Below, piece after piece: positions 29,760 through 38,568 of a DNA stretch of 64,000 nt. The stretch is from an uncultured Acidimicrobiia bacterium (GTDB taxonomy: Bacteria; Acidobacteriota; Terriglobia; Versatilivoradales; Versatilivoraceae): the NCBI GenBank assembly GCA_963786955.1, contig CAWBAT010000004.1, positions 32,001-96,000 on the forward strand, in the 5' to 3' direction. Each line of letters starts with the position of its first letter. The first letter of the stretch is position 1. Below the pieces are notes generated by a model. The model did not search any database, was not told the DNA's origin, and was given only the letters and a program-made list of their open reading frames with translations. Position numbers and translations under genes: made by a program.

Positions 29760-32700
29760 TTAATACGCCGCCGTAAACTCGTAAGTTCCGGAACCAACAC
29801 GATATTTTAATGCCCCTTCTTCCCTGCCCAATACGATTACGCCTTTGGCTGCGTGAACGGGATTTCCGCTCTCTTCCACCGATTTTTCATCTCGGGTTGG
29901 AATGTAGACCGTTGCTGAAGTATTCACTGGAATAACGATTTTTAGCTTGAAGAGCTGGTTGTCTATCTTCCAATCGCTCACGATCGGGCCTCGGATCGAG
30001 TCATAGGAACCTCTCGCCCAGCTGAGACCGCCTCCAGGTCGGGGATGAATGATGAAATGCTGATATCCAGGAGTTGATGCTTCCGGATTAATTCCGATGA
30101 CGTTCCGCCACAACCATTCTCCCACAGCTCCAAAGGCCCAGTGATTAAAGGAGTTCATCGATGGGTCCTGAAAACCACGGCCTTTCACGTATCCATCCCA
30201 ACGCTCCCAAATCGTGGTGGCTCCATTATCTATCATAAATCCCCACGATGGAAAGCTGCGCGAGTTCAGCAGACGATAGGCCTCTTCATTCAATCCATTT
30301 CGGGTCAATTCCAACAAGAAGCGGTGAGTTGACTGAATGCCGGTCGAAAGCTGGCCCTGGTAAGGCTTCAAGGCCTCAACCAAATGCTCTGTGGTTTTGG
30401 AGCGAAGTGCTTCAGGCAGTAAGTCAAAATAGAGCGCCAGAGCATATCCTGCCTGGGTGTTTCCTTCGATTCGCCCATCCGAAGAAACGTAGGCTTGATT
30501 AAAGGCGGTTTTGACTTGCTCAAATAATTGACCGTAGTGTTTGGCCTCTTCCGAACGTCCCAATACCGCTGCCATTTTCGCAACAAGATCGACCGAACGG
30601 GCATAGAAGGCCGTCGCAAAGACGTGTTTGGGTACAGCTCCCCCTTTTACGGGCCAACCCTCTAAAATTAACGTGTCCGCGTTGAGCCAGTCATTGTAAT
30701 CTCCGCCGCGAGCGTTTTCCCAGAGATGATTCGGGTTCTTGCTTCGGACAAAATCCACCCAATGTTTTGCGGATTCGAAATGTTCTTCGAGCAGACGCGT
30801 ATCAGCATAATTCAGATAAACTCGCCACGGGATAATCGTTCCGGCATCAGCCCAGGCTGGTGCACCAAACCCATTTTCCTGCCCAATCGTGATGAAGGGG
30901 TTGGGCGCGAAATCAGGGAAACGGCCATCTGCCAGCTGATCATCGCGGACATCTCTCAGCCACTTGGTAAAGAAGGCCGCCATGTCCATGTTAAAGATGG
31001 CCGTCTGACTAAATGCTTGGATATCCCCCATCCAGCCTAAACGCTCGTCTCGCTGCGGACAATCTGTCGGGATGCTCTCCAAATTGGCGCGCTGCGTCCA
31101 GAGGATGTTATGCATCAACTGATTCAAGAGAAGACTGGAAGTTTCAAAGACACCGGTTTCAGGCGCAGACGAATAGAAAACCATTCCCAAGGCATCTTCC
31201 AATGAGGGTCTGTATGAGATCCCCGCAACTTCGACATAACGAAATCCATGATAAGTAAAATGGGGTTCAAGAATCTCTTCCCTTCCTCCGCGGAGGATAA
31301 AGCGGTCCGTAGCCGGTGCGCCACGGAGATTTGCCGTATAAATGGCACCGTCATCATTGAGCATCTCGGCATAGCGGGCGGTGACAATATCACCTGCTCT
31401 GCCATGCACCTTCAAGCGGCACCAACCAACCATGTTTTGTCCTAGGTCATATATGTAGGTGCCCGGCTTGGGTTCGGTGAGACTGAGCGGAACCATTTTT
31501 TTGAGAACTCGAATGGGTTCATTCGGTTGCCAAACCAGTTTGGCTGTCCCGAGATCAGTATCTGCCTCAACATTCTGCCAATCCTTCCCCTGAAAATCCG
31601 GAGAGTCCCAACCTTTCATTTCTTTTCGGGCGTCATAAATCTCTCCATCCAGGATGTCGGAGGATTCTAAAGGAACCTGAAGCGCCTTCTGCCAGGACTC
31701 ATCGCTTACCACGGACAGAGACTTTCCATTCTTTAGCTCCACATCAAGGTGCAAGAGAAGTTGTGGATACGATCCGTAAACCCGTCTCCGGGGAACCAAA
31801 CCGATTCGCCCTGAATACCAACCTGCCCCAATGATTGCTCCTACCGCATTCTGGCCTTGATGCAACTGCGCGGTGACATCATAAGTCTGGTACTGAATCC
31901 GGTGGCGGTAACTGGTCCATTCCGGGGCCAGCAAGTGGTCTCCGACACGTTGCCCATTCAACCGAAGCTCATAGACCCCCCGGGCGGTGGCATAAACCGT
32001 CGCGCGTCTGATTTCACCAGGGATTTCAAAGCCTCTTCGCAAGTAACTCGATGGTTGAATCAAGGGCGGAGGAAACACTGTCTTAGTAATCCCATCAATC
32101 AGTTTATCCTTGGACCAGCCCAGTCCTTCTTCGGAGTCCGAAGCGGTAATCTTCGCTTCCCGAGCCAGGTTTCTTCCATTGGATAGGACTTCGATTTCGG
32201 ACAAAGCAAAGACAGCGGAATCGCGCCGGTCTAATCTAACCCCTGTTACAGTCAAGCGGAGATAGCGGGCCGTCAATGGCCCCACTTTATTGAGCTGGGC
32301 TTCTGCGTGTGGTTCGGGAACATCCATGCTGGTGTGGTCAACCACAGTTCGTGCGTCAGCGAAATCAGCCTGATCGGCTACTTCTACCTTGAACCGTCGA
32401 GGGAAAAAGTGCGCATTAGCCTGGGGAGAGTAGTCAAGCATGAGAACAGGGAAAAGCTTTACCGAATCAACCGCTTGTTCGCTGCCGAGATCAAGCACAA
32501 TCCATTTTTCGGTCTCTGCTGACTTGACAGACTTGCAATGATAGCCGTAATTTAACATCCGGGCTGCATTAGCCTCAGCTTCGGGACTCACGGCGACTGC
32601 AGGATCCCCGATCCATTTGGCACTCCAATCTTTTCGATCGAGCAAACCCATGGACCAAAAAGAAGGCTCACTCCAGGGAGAAGCGTTGTGATCCTGATCC

Positions 32701-33065
32701 CAGACACGGACCTTCCAAAAACAACGGACTTGACTCGATAACACTTTGCCCGCGTATTCAACGTGGATCGTCTGATCTGAGAGTTGCTGGCCGGTATCCC
32801 AGAAGTCTCCTCGATCGATTTCGAGATTCTCCAAATTGCTGGCAACGAGAACCTGGTAAGCCGATTGCTTTTGTCCCCGCTCGATGGGGTTTGAAGCTTT
32901 CAATAGCCAGCTGAGCCGTGGCTTCACGGCGTCTATCCCGAGCGGGTTCTCCAGGTACTCACAGCGCAGATGAATGGGGACTATTCCACTACTCGCAGCC
33001 AATAAGGAAAATTGGCAGAAGATCCAAACGATGGTGAACCGCCAGAGGATGAGGAAGGGCTTCAT
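29760..33065 (-). CDS. GH78 alpha-L-rhamnosidase with inserted F5/8-type (discoidin-like) domain, exported
   Basis: Signal peptide; YDLGQNMVGW, FTYHGFRY, PTDCPQRDERLGWMGD, TTIWERW, MNSFNHWAFG; insert WIVLDLGSEQAVD..ARYLRL..LSEIEV. Confidence 0.93.
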   Translation of the reverse strand: MKPFLILWRFTIVWIFCQFSLLAASSGIVPIHLRCEYLENPLGIDAVKPRLSWLLKASNPIERGQKQSAYQVLVASNLENLEIDRGDFWDTGQQLSDQTIHVEYAGKVLSSQVRCFWKVRVWDQDHNASPWSEPSFWSMGLLDRKDWSAKWIGDPAVAVSPEAEANAARMLNYGYHCKSVKSAETEKWIVLDLGSEQAVDSVKLFPVLMLDYSPQANAHFFPRRFKVEVADQADFADARTVVDHTSMDVPEPHAEAQLNKVGPLTARYLRLTVTGVRLDRRDSAVFALSEIEVLSNGRNLAREAKITASDSEEGLGWSKDKLIDGITKTVFPPPLIQPSSYLRRGFEIPGEIRRATVYATARGVYELRLNGQRVGDHLLAPEWTSYRHRIQYQTYDVTAQLHQGQNAVGAIIGAGWYSGRIGLVPRRRVYGSYPQLLLHLDVELKNGKSLSVVSDESWQKALQVPLESSDILDGEIYDARKEMKGWDSPDFQGKDWQNVEADTDLGTAKLVWQPNEPIRVLKKMVPLSLTEPKPGTYIYDLGQNMVGWCRLKVHGRAGDIVTARYAEMLNDDGAIYTANLRGAPATDRFILRGGREEILEPHFTYHGFRYVEVAGISYRPSLEDALGMVFYSSAPETGVFETSSLLLNQLMHNILWTQRANLESIPTDCPQRDERLGWMGDIQAFSQTAIFNMDMAAFFTKWLRDVRDDQLADGRFPDFAPNPFITIGQENGFGAPAWADAGTIIPWRVYLNYADTRLLEEHFESAKHWVDFVRSKNPNHLWENARGGDYNDWLNADTLILEGWPVKGGAVPKHVFATAFYARSVDLVAKMAAVLGRSEEAKHYGQLFEQVKTAFNQAYVSSDGRIEGNTQAGYALALYFDLLPEALRSKTTEHLVEALKPYQGQLSTGIQSTHRFLLELTRNGLNEEAYRLLNSRSFPSWGFMIDNGATTIWERWDGYVKGRGFQDPSMNSFNHWAFGAVGEWLWRNVIGINPEASTPGYQHFIIHPRPGGGLSWARGSYDSIRGPIVSDWKIDNQLFKLKIVIPVNTSATVYIPTRDEKSVEESGNPVHAAKGVIVLGREEGALKYRVGSGTYEFTAAY

Positions 33066-33319
33066 GGTTGTTTAGGGAAATTTACCTTTCGAATGTCCCC
33101 TGCGATAGGAGCGTTGCTTAATTTAGTTGAATCGGCATCTCAGTCAAGCAGAATCCAGACTTCGAGAGAAACGGCACATTGATGAAATTCCACTCGCAGG
33201 AATACAGCAATGAAAATCAATAGAACTTAAGCTAACATTACAATTCAAGGTAGGGCCAGATTATTTCTTTCATGTCTCAGCCCTGAACCGGCCTCTTTTC
33301 ACTTCTATAAAGGAATCCT

Positions 33320-36300
33320 ATGACTCTACTGCATCTCTCTCAAAATCGGCGGCAAGAAGCAGCCGGATGGAATTTCCAATTAGGAGTACCTGGATTTCGT
33401 TTTGCGGATCTCAACCGAGTCCGCCGGATAGCTTCTCTGGACGAGATTTTCCGTGAAGAGCTTAAGTTGCATGATCCGGACTTATCTTTGCGCTATGAGG
33501 CCTATCGTGAAGCGGAGGGAGAAAGTTATGACGCTCAAACAGCCTCGGATATCACTCTGCGCGTGGCGCCCTATCTCAATCGTTTTATCGTGAAGCTCTT
33601 CCAGATTGAGGCCGAGTACGCTCAACTCCAGGAACATATATTGTCGGACGGACGAATCTTCGAGTGGAAGAAAAAATACCTGGATAAATATGTTCTCAAG
33701 CAGCGTCCCTCGGGCGACGAACTGGCGCGATGGGATCTTTCGGAACTTGAATTTGACTACCGGTCACTGGTCGATCGGCATTTTTCTCAGGCCTCTTTGG
33801 CCGAGGATCCGGAAGCCGAGTTAGCCGAAGTAGGGTTGATGGTATTGGAAGCCTTGGAAAACGCCAAGGCCCGCCATTCGCCGGAAGAATTGACGGTCGC
33901 CCAAGAAGACCTTCAGTCGATCCAGAAATGGTGCCTGGCCCTGGCCTTCCACCCTTCCCTGAAAAGTCGATCGGAGAAGCACCCTTCGTTGAAGACTCCC
34001 CTTCCCGTGGACTACCAAAATCTCGTTCAAATTGACCGCTGCGATCCACACCTTCCCGAGAAATTTCAAGGGCCGCAGGAGACACGACGCTTTCGCGACG
34101 GATTTAAATTAACGGACCCTCGAATGTCTCCCCGAGAGACGTTGCAGGAAATCTATTATTGCATTTACTGCCATGAACGCGACAAAGACTTTTGCTCAAA
34201 AGGGTATCTGAAGCAAGGCAAGATTCAAACAAATCCACTCGGGATCCGGCTTGATGGTTGCCCATTAGACGAAAAAATCTCAGAGGCCCACCTACTCAAG
34301 CGGCAAGGAGAGGTCATTGGCGCACTGGCCATGATTATGATCGATAATCCCATGTGTGCCGGAACGGGTCATCGGATCTGCAATGATTGTATGAAGTCGT
34401 GCATTTTTCAAAAGCAGACTCCGGTGAACATTCCGCAAATCGAAACCGGGATTCTAACGGATGTATTGAAGCTTCCTTATGGATTTGAAATTTACTCGTT
34501 GCTGACGCGCTGGAACCCGCTGAACGCCAAGCGTCCGGTTCCGCAACGCTACAACGGGAAAAATGTGCTCGTGGTCGGCATGGGTCCCGCCGGCTATACC
34601 CTGGCCCACTACCTTCTCAATGAGGGGTTCGGCGTCGTGGGCATCGATGGATTGCGTATCGAGCCTCTCGCCGGCGATGTCCGTGGATCACGCAAGCGGG
34701 TCCCCAGACCGATTGAGAACATTCAAGACATCATGGCCGAACTGGACGAGCGAACTATCCTCGGTTTTGGAGGTGTTTCCGAATACGGGATTACGGTCCG
34801 ATGGGACAAGAATTTTCTTGATATCAACTACCTGGTCTTGATGCGACGAAAAAAGTTCCGGCTCTTTGATGGGGTGCGTTTTGGAGGCACACTGACCATC
34901 GAGGACGCTTGGCAACTGGGGTTTGATCACATCGCAATTGCAACCGGCGCCGGCAGGCCAACTTTAGTGCCGGTGAAAAATAATGTCTTGAGAGGCATGC
35001 GCCAAGCATCGGATTTTCTGATGGGTCTTCAGGCCTCGGGAGCCTACAAGAAAGACAGTCTCACAAATCTTCAGGTGGACCTGCCTGCGGTTGTGATTGG
35101 CGGCGGATTGACGGCCATCGATACCGCCACAGAGTTGATGGCCTATTACGTCGTCCAGGTCGAAAAGGCATTGGACCGCTACGAGCGGCTGGTCCCCCGG
35201 ATCGGGAAAGACCAAATTTGGGGAAAGCTAGACGAAGAGGAAAAGGAGGTCTTCAAACGATGGCTCGAGCACGGCCGGGCTATTCGGGCGGAACGGGCCG
35301 CCGCAAAAGCCGCAGGGCGTCCTCCTGATTTCGCGCGGCTCGTGCGCTCCTGGGGGGGAGTGACGATTGTCTATCGCAAAAAACTGCAAGATGCTCCCGC
35401 CTACCGGCTGAATCACGAAGAGATTATCAAAGCACTCGAGGAAGGAATCTATTTCACGGAGTTGCTGAGCCCAGTGGAGTGTGTTCCGGATCGCTGGGGT
35501 AAAGTTCAGTCTCTTAAGTTTGAGCGCCAGCGGATTGTGGATGGGAAATATCGCAATACCGGCGAATTGGTAGAATTTCCAGCCCGAACCGTGATGGTCG
35601 CAGCAGGCACTCATCCTAACGTGATCTACGAACGGGAGCATCCGGGAACTTTTACACTCGATCCGGAGGGCGAGTTTTTTCAGGGCTATCGGCTGGACAA
35701 GTCGAATGGTCAGCAGAGACTGGTTCCCTCAAAAGGAGATGAAATCGGATTTTTCACTTCCTACGAGAAGGAAGGCCGCGCCATCACCTTCTATGGAGAT
35801 AACCATCCGGTTTTTGCAGGGAATGTGGTCAAGGCGATGGCCTCGGCAAAGAAAGGCTACCCGGAGATCATGAATTTGTTCCAGGCAGAGGTCGATGCTC
35901 AGACTCTGGAAGAACAGGCAGAACGCGAACAGGCCTGGGTACGCTTCTCTGAGCTGATGGACGATCAATTTCAGGCAAGGGTCGTGGATGCGTTCCGGCT
36001 GACATCCAATATTGTCGAAGTCATTGTGCGCGCACCGATGGCCGCGCGACACTTCGAACCAGGGCAGTTTTTCCGACTTCAGAATTATGACAGTTTTGCG
36101 GAAAAGCCTTCTGGGTTTCATTTGACCATGGAAGGAATTGCTTTGACTGGTGCCTGGGTCGACCGCGAGCGCGGGCTGGTCTCCTTAATTGTTCTCGAAA
36201 TGGGAGGATCGAGCCGTTTGTGTGCCTTGTTGAATCCTGGAGAACCCGTTGTCTTAATGGGACCAAGCGGCACTCCCACGGAAATTCCTGCTGAAGAAAC

Positions 36301-36943
36301 CGTGCTTCTAGCTGGCGGGGGACTCGGGAACGCGGTCCTATTCTCAATTGCATTGGCACTCAGGAAGAAAAACAATCGGGTGATCTATTTTGCAGGATAT
36401 AAGAAAGGGTCCGATCTTTTCAAACGAAAGGAAATCGAAAAAGGGTGTGATCTGGTGATCTGGTCTGTGGATGAAGGAGATCTCATCGAACCACATCGGC
36501 CACAGGACCGTACTTTCAGAGGGAATATTGTCCAAGCCATGCAAGCATACGCTAGAGGCGAGTTAGGCGAGGTGACGATTCCTCTTTGTCATGTGGATCG
36601 CATTTTATCCATTGGCTCCGACCGCATGATGGCCGCGGTAAAGGTGGCTCGAAAAACCGTTCTACAGTCGTATCTACCCGAAAAACACAAGGCAATCGGC
36701 TCGATCAATTCCCCCATGCAATGCATGCTCAAGGAGATTTGTGCTCAATGCCTGCAACGCCACATTGATCCGGAAACGGGGAAGGAGCAGATTATTTTCA
36801 GCTGCTTTAACCAAGATCAACCCCTCGACCTTGTTGACTTCGACCACCTCCACGCCCGTCTTCGCCAGAATTCGGTGGCTGAGAAACTGACATCCTTATG
36901 GATCGATCATCTCTTCGAGCAACGCGAAGTGCAGGAGGTGTAA
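33320..36943 (+). CDS. Fused flavin/Fe-S oxidoreductase: GltD/NfnB-like module followed by a PyrK/NfnA-like module
   Basis: CIYCH..C..GCP and C..HRICNDCMKSC clusters; GMGPAG; GGGLTAID; PGQFFRLQ; AGGGLG; PMQCMLKEICAQC..SC. Confidence 0.88.
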   Translation: MTLLHLSQNRRQEAAGWNFQLGVPGFRFADLNRVRRIASLDEIFREELKLHDPDLSLRYEAYREAEGESYDAQTASDITLRVAPYLNRFIVKLFQIEAEYAQLQEHILSDGRIFEWKKKYLDKYVLKQRPSGDELARWDLSELEFDYRSLVDRHFSQASLAEDPEAELAEVGLMVLEALENAKARHSPEELTVAQEDLQSIQKWCLALAFHPSLKSRSEKHPSLKTPLPVDYQNLVQIDRCDPHLPEKFQGPQETRRFRDGFKLTDPRMSPRETLQEIYYCIYCHERDKDFCSKGYLKQGKIQTNPLGIRLDGCPLDEKISEAHLLKRQGEVIGALAMIMIDNPMCAGTGHRICNDCMKSCIFQKQTPVNIPQIETGILTDVLKLPYGFEIYSLLTRWNPLNAKRPVPQRYNGKNVLVVGMGPAGYTLAHYLLNEGFGVVGIDGLRIEPLAGDVRGSRKRVPRPIENIQDIMAELDERTILGFGGVSEYGITVRWDKNFLDINYLVLMRRKKFRLFDGVRFGGTLTIEDAWQLGFDHIAIATGAGRPTLVPVKNNVLRGMRQASDFLMGLQASGAYKKDSLTNLQVDLPAVVIGGGLTAIDTATELMAYYVVQVEKALDRYERLVPRIGKDQIWGKLDEEEKEVFKRWLEHGRAIRAERAAAKAAGRPPDFARLVRSWGGVTIVYRKKLQDAPAYRLNHEEIIKALEEGIYFTELLSPVECVPDRWGKVQSLKFERQRIVDGKYRNTGELVEFPARTVMVAAGTHPNVIYEREHPGTFTLDPEGEFFQGYRLDKSNGQQRLVPSKGDEIGFFTSYEKEGRAITFYGDNHPVFAGNVVKAMASAKKGYPEIMNLFQAEVDAQTLEEQAEREQAWVRFSELMDDQFQARVVDAFRLTSNIVEVIVRAPMAARHFEPGQFFRLQNYDSFAEKPSGFHLTMEGIALTGAWVDRERGLVSLIVLEMGGSSRLCALLNPGEPVVLMGPSGTPTEIPAEETVLLAGGGLGNAVLFSIALALRKKNNRVIYFAGYKKGSDLFKRKEIEKGCDLVIWSVDEGDLIEPHRPQDRTFRGNIVQAMQAYARGELGEVTIPLCHVDRILSIGSDRMMAAVKVARKTVLQSYLPEKHKAIGSINSPMQCMLKEICAQCLQRHIDPETGKEQIIFSCFNQDQPLDLVDFDHLHARLRQNSVAEKLTSLWIDHLFEQREVQEV

Positions 36944-37133
36944 CGGAGGTCGGGTTTCGGCCTCACAGACCGCGGGGCCTCGGAGCGGGAGCTCCGCATG
37001 GGCGACAGGCGTCAGATGAAGAAACGAGGCCTGGAATTTTGGGTTGAGCTCCGCGAAGCCTCAACGGACCCAATTATAAAGGCGGACTCGTGGAGCTCGA
37101 CCCTTATAGTTGCCTCATGTTTGGAAGAAAGAG

Positions 37134-37169
37134 TCGCTCATCTGATGGAGGAATCCATCAGATGAGCGA
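37134..37169. other. Perfect 16-bp hairpin with GGAA loop upstream of the aldo/keto reductase
   Basis: TCGCTCATCTGATGGA-GGAA-TCCATCAGATGAGCGA. Confidence 0.75.
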
Positions 37170-37211
37170 GAACAGATTGATGGCATTGGGCGGGGAAAAT
37201 CGGTAACCGTA

Positions 37212-38105
37212 ATGGATCTAACATCGACTCTTACGCTCAATAATGGGATTCAGATTCCAATCCTTGGACTAGGCGTTCACGGTGTAATTCCTGGACTGGA
37301 GACGGAACGAACTGTCTCTGTCGCGCTTCAAACCGGGTACCGGCTCATCGATACAGCTCGTTCTTACAAAAACGAGAAAGAGGTTGGGAACGCTGTGCGG
37401 GCCAGCAGGATTCCGCGGAAAGAGCTTTTCATCACGACCAAGCTTCTTTATGATGATCACGGCTTTGGCTACGATGCAACTTTGCGGGCCTTTGACAAAA
37501 GTCTCCATGAACTAGGGCTCGACTATCTGGATCTTTACCTGATCCATTGGCCGAGGAAAGGCCGTCCGTGGGCTGATTACTCATTCATTAGAAAAACGTC
37601 GAAGTTATTGGGTAGACCGATTCCAGGTTCTCGTTTGGAGACCTGGAAAGCATTTGAGAGAATTCTTGCCACCGGGCGATGCAAGGCCATAGGAGTCAGC
37701 AACTACACGATTCGTCATCTGGAAGAACTGCTGTCTGTATCAACGGTTGTGCCTGCAGTTAACCAAGTTGAATTCACTCCATTTTGTTATCAACAGGAGC
37801 TTCTCGAATTCTGCCGAAAGCATGGGATTCAGCTTCAAGCATACAGTCCACTCACGCGTGGGCAGCGTTTGAACGATCCAAAGATCGTGAAACTCGCCGC
37901 CCAATATCGATGTTCATCAGCCCAGTTGTTGATCCGCTGGGTCATCCAGCATGACGCCGTCGCCATCCCTAAAGCCACCAACCCAATGCACATCAGAGAA
38001 AACGCTAAAGTGTTTGACTTCTCTCTCACGGATGCGGACATGAACACGCTCAACAGTTTGAACGAGAACCTCCATCTTTCCTGGGATCCGACGAACGTGG
38101 CGTAG
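37212..38105 (+). CDS. Aldo/keto reductase (DkgA-like)
   Basis: IDTARSY, FITTK, LYLIHWP, IGVSNY, NQVE, AYSPL, IPK. Confidence 0.93.
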   Translation: MDLTSTLTLNNGIQIPILGLGVHGVIPGLETERTVSVALQTGYRLIDTARSYKNEKEVGNAVRASRIPRKELFITTKLLYDDHGFGYDATLRAFDKSLHELGLDYLDLYLIHWPRKGRPWADYSFIRKTSKLLGRPIPGSRLETWKAFERILATGRCKAIGVSNYTIRHLEELLSVSTVVPAVNQVEFTPFCYQQELLEFCRKHGIQLQAYSPLTRGQRLNDPKIVKLAAQYRCSSAQLLIRWVIQHDAVAIPKATNPMHIRENAKVFDFSLTDADMNTLNSLNENLHLSWDPTNVA

Positions 38106-38254
38106 CCTTTCGCTCATCGCTTAGGAAGAAGCCAAGTAGCAAGGAAAAGCAATCATTGGTGGGATGCGTTCTGGCCAGCATACGACGACACCTCTGTTCC
38201 TGGTATCCTAATGGCTGATGCCCGCAATGATCGGGAAAAAGGTTGTAAAGTGGG

Positions 38255-38284
38255 TTGCCAAGACCTGTTTTGAGTCGTTATACT
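38255..38284 (+). promoter_or_regulatory. Sigma70-like promoter candidate
   Basis: TTGCCA-N18-TATACT upstream of the large gene. Confidence 0.4.
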
Positions 38285-38568
38285 AAGCACATTTGACACA
38301 TATTTCTATTTTGCTCGGTTTGGAGTAAGTTAGGGAATAAGCTTCGAGTCTCTCCGTGAGTGTCGGCCTAAACACGGGGGCATGAGGGGGCTGGGGTGTC
38401 TGTAACCGCAGTAGGGTTAATGGGGCTACAGATATCCTTTAAGGGAATCTGCTACTTTTAGCTAATCATTCGCTTAGAGTTTTTCCCATGTCGAGAATAA
38501 AAGAATTAGCAGCGGAGTACGAAGCCTTGCAAAAGGCCGGGTTGGTCATCCAACTCAAGAGGAAGAAG

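Noticed and set aside
33320-36943. Calling this gene gltD (glutamate synthase)
   Set aside because: No gltB is adjacent, and the protein has large extra N- and C-terminal modules
38340-38440. c-di-GMP-I riboswitch (GGCCTAA present)
   Set aside because: The GGCAAA..GAAA..GCAAA first-stem features are absent; kept only as an unassigned structured leader
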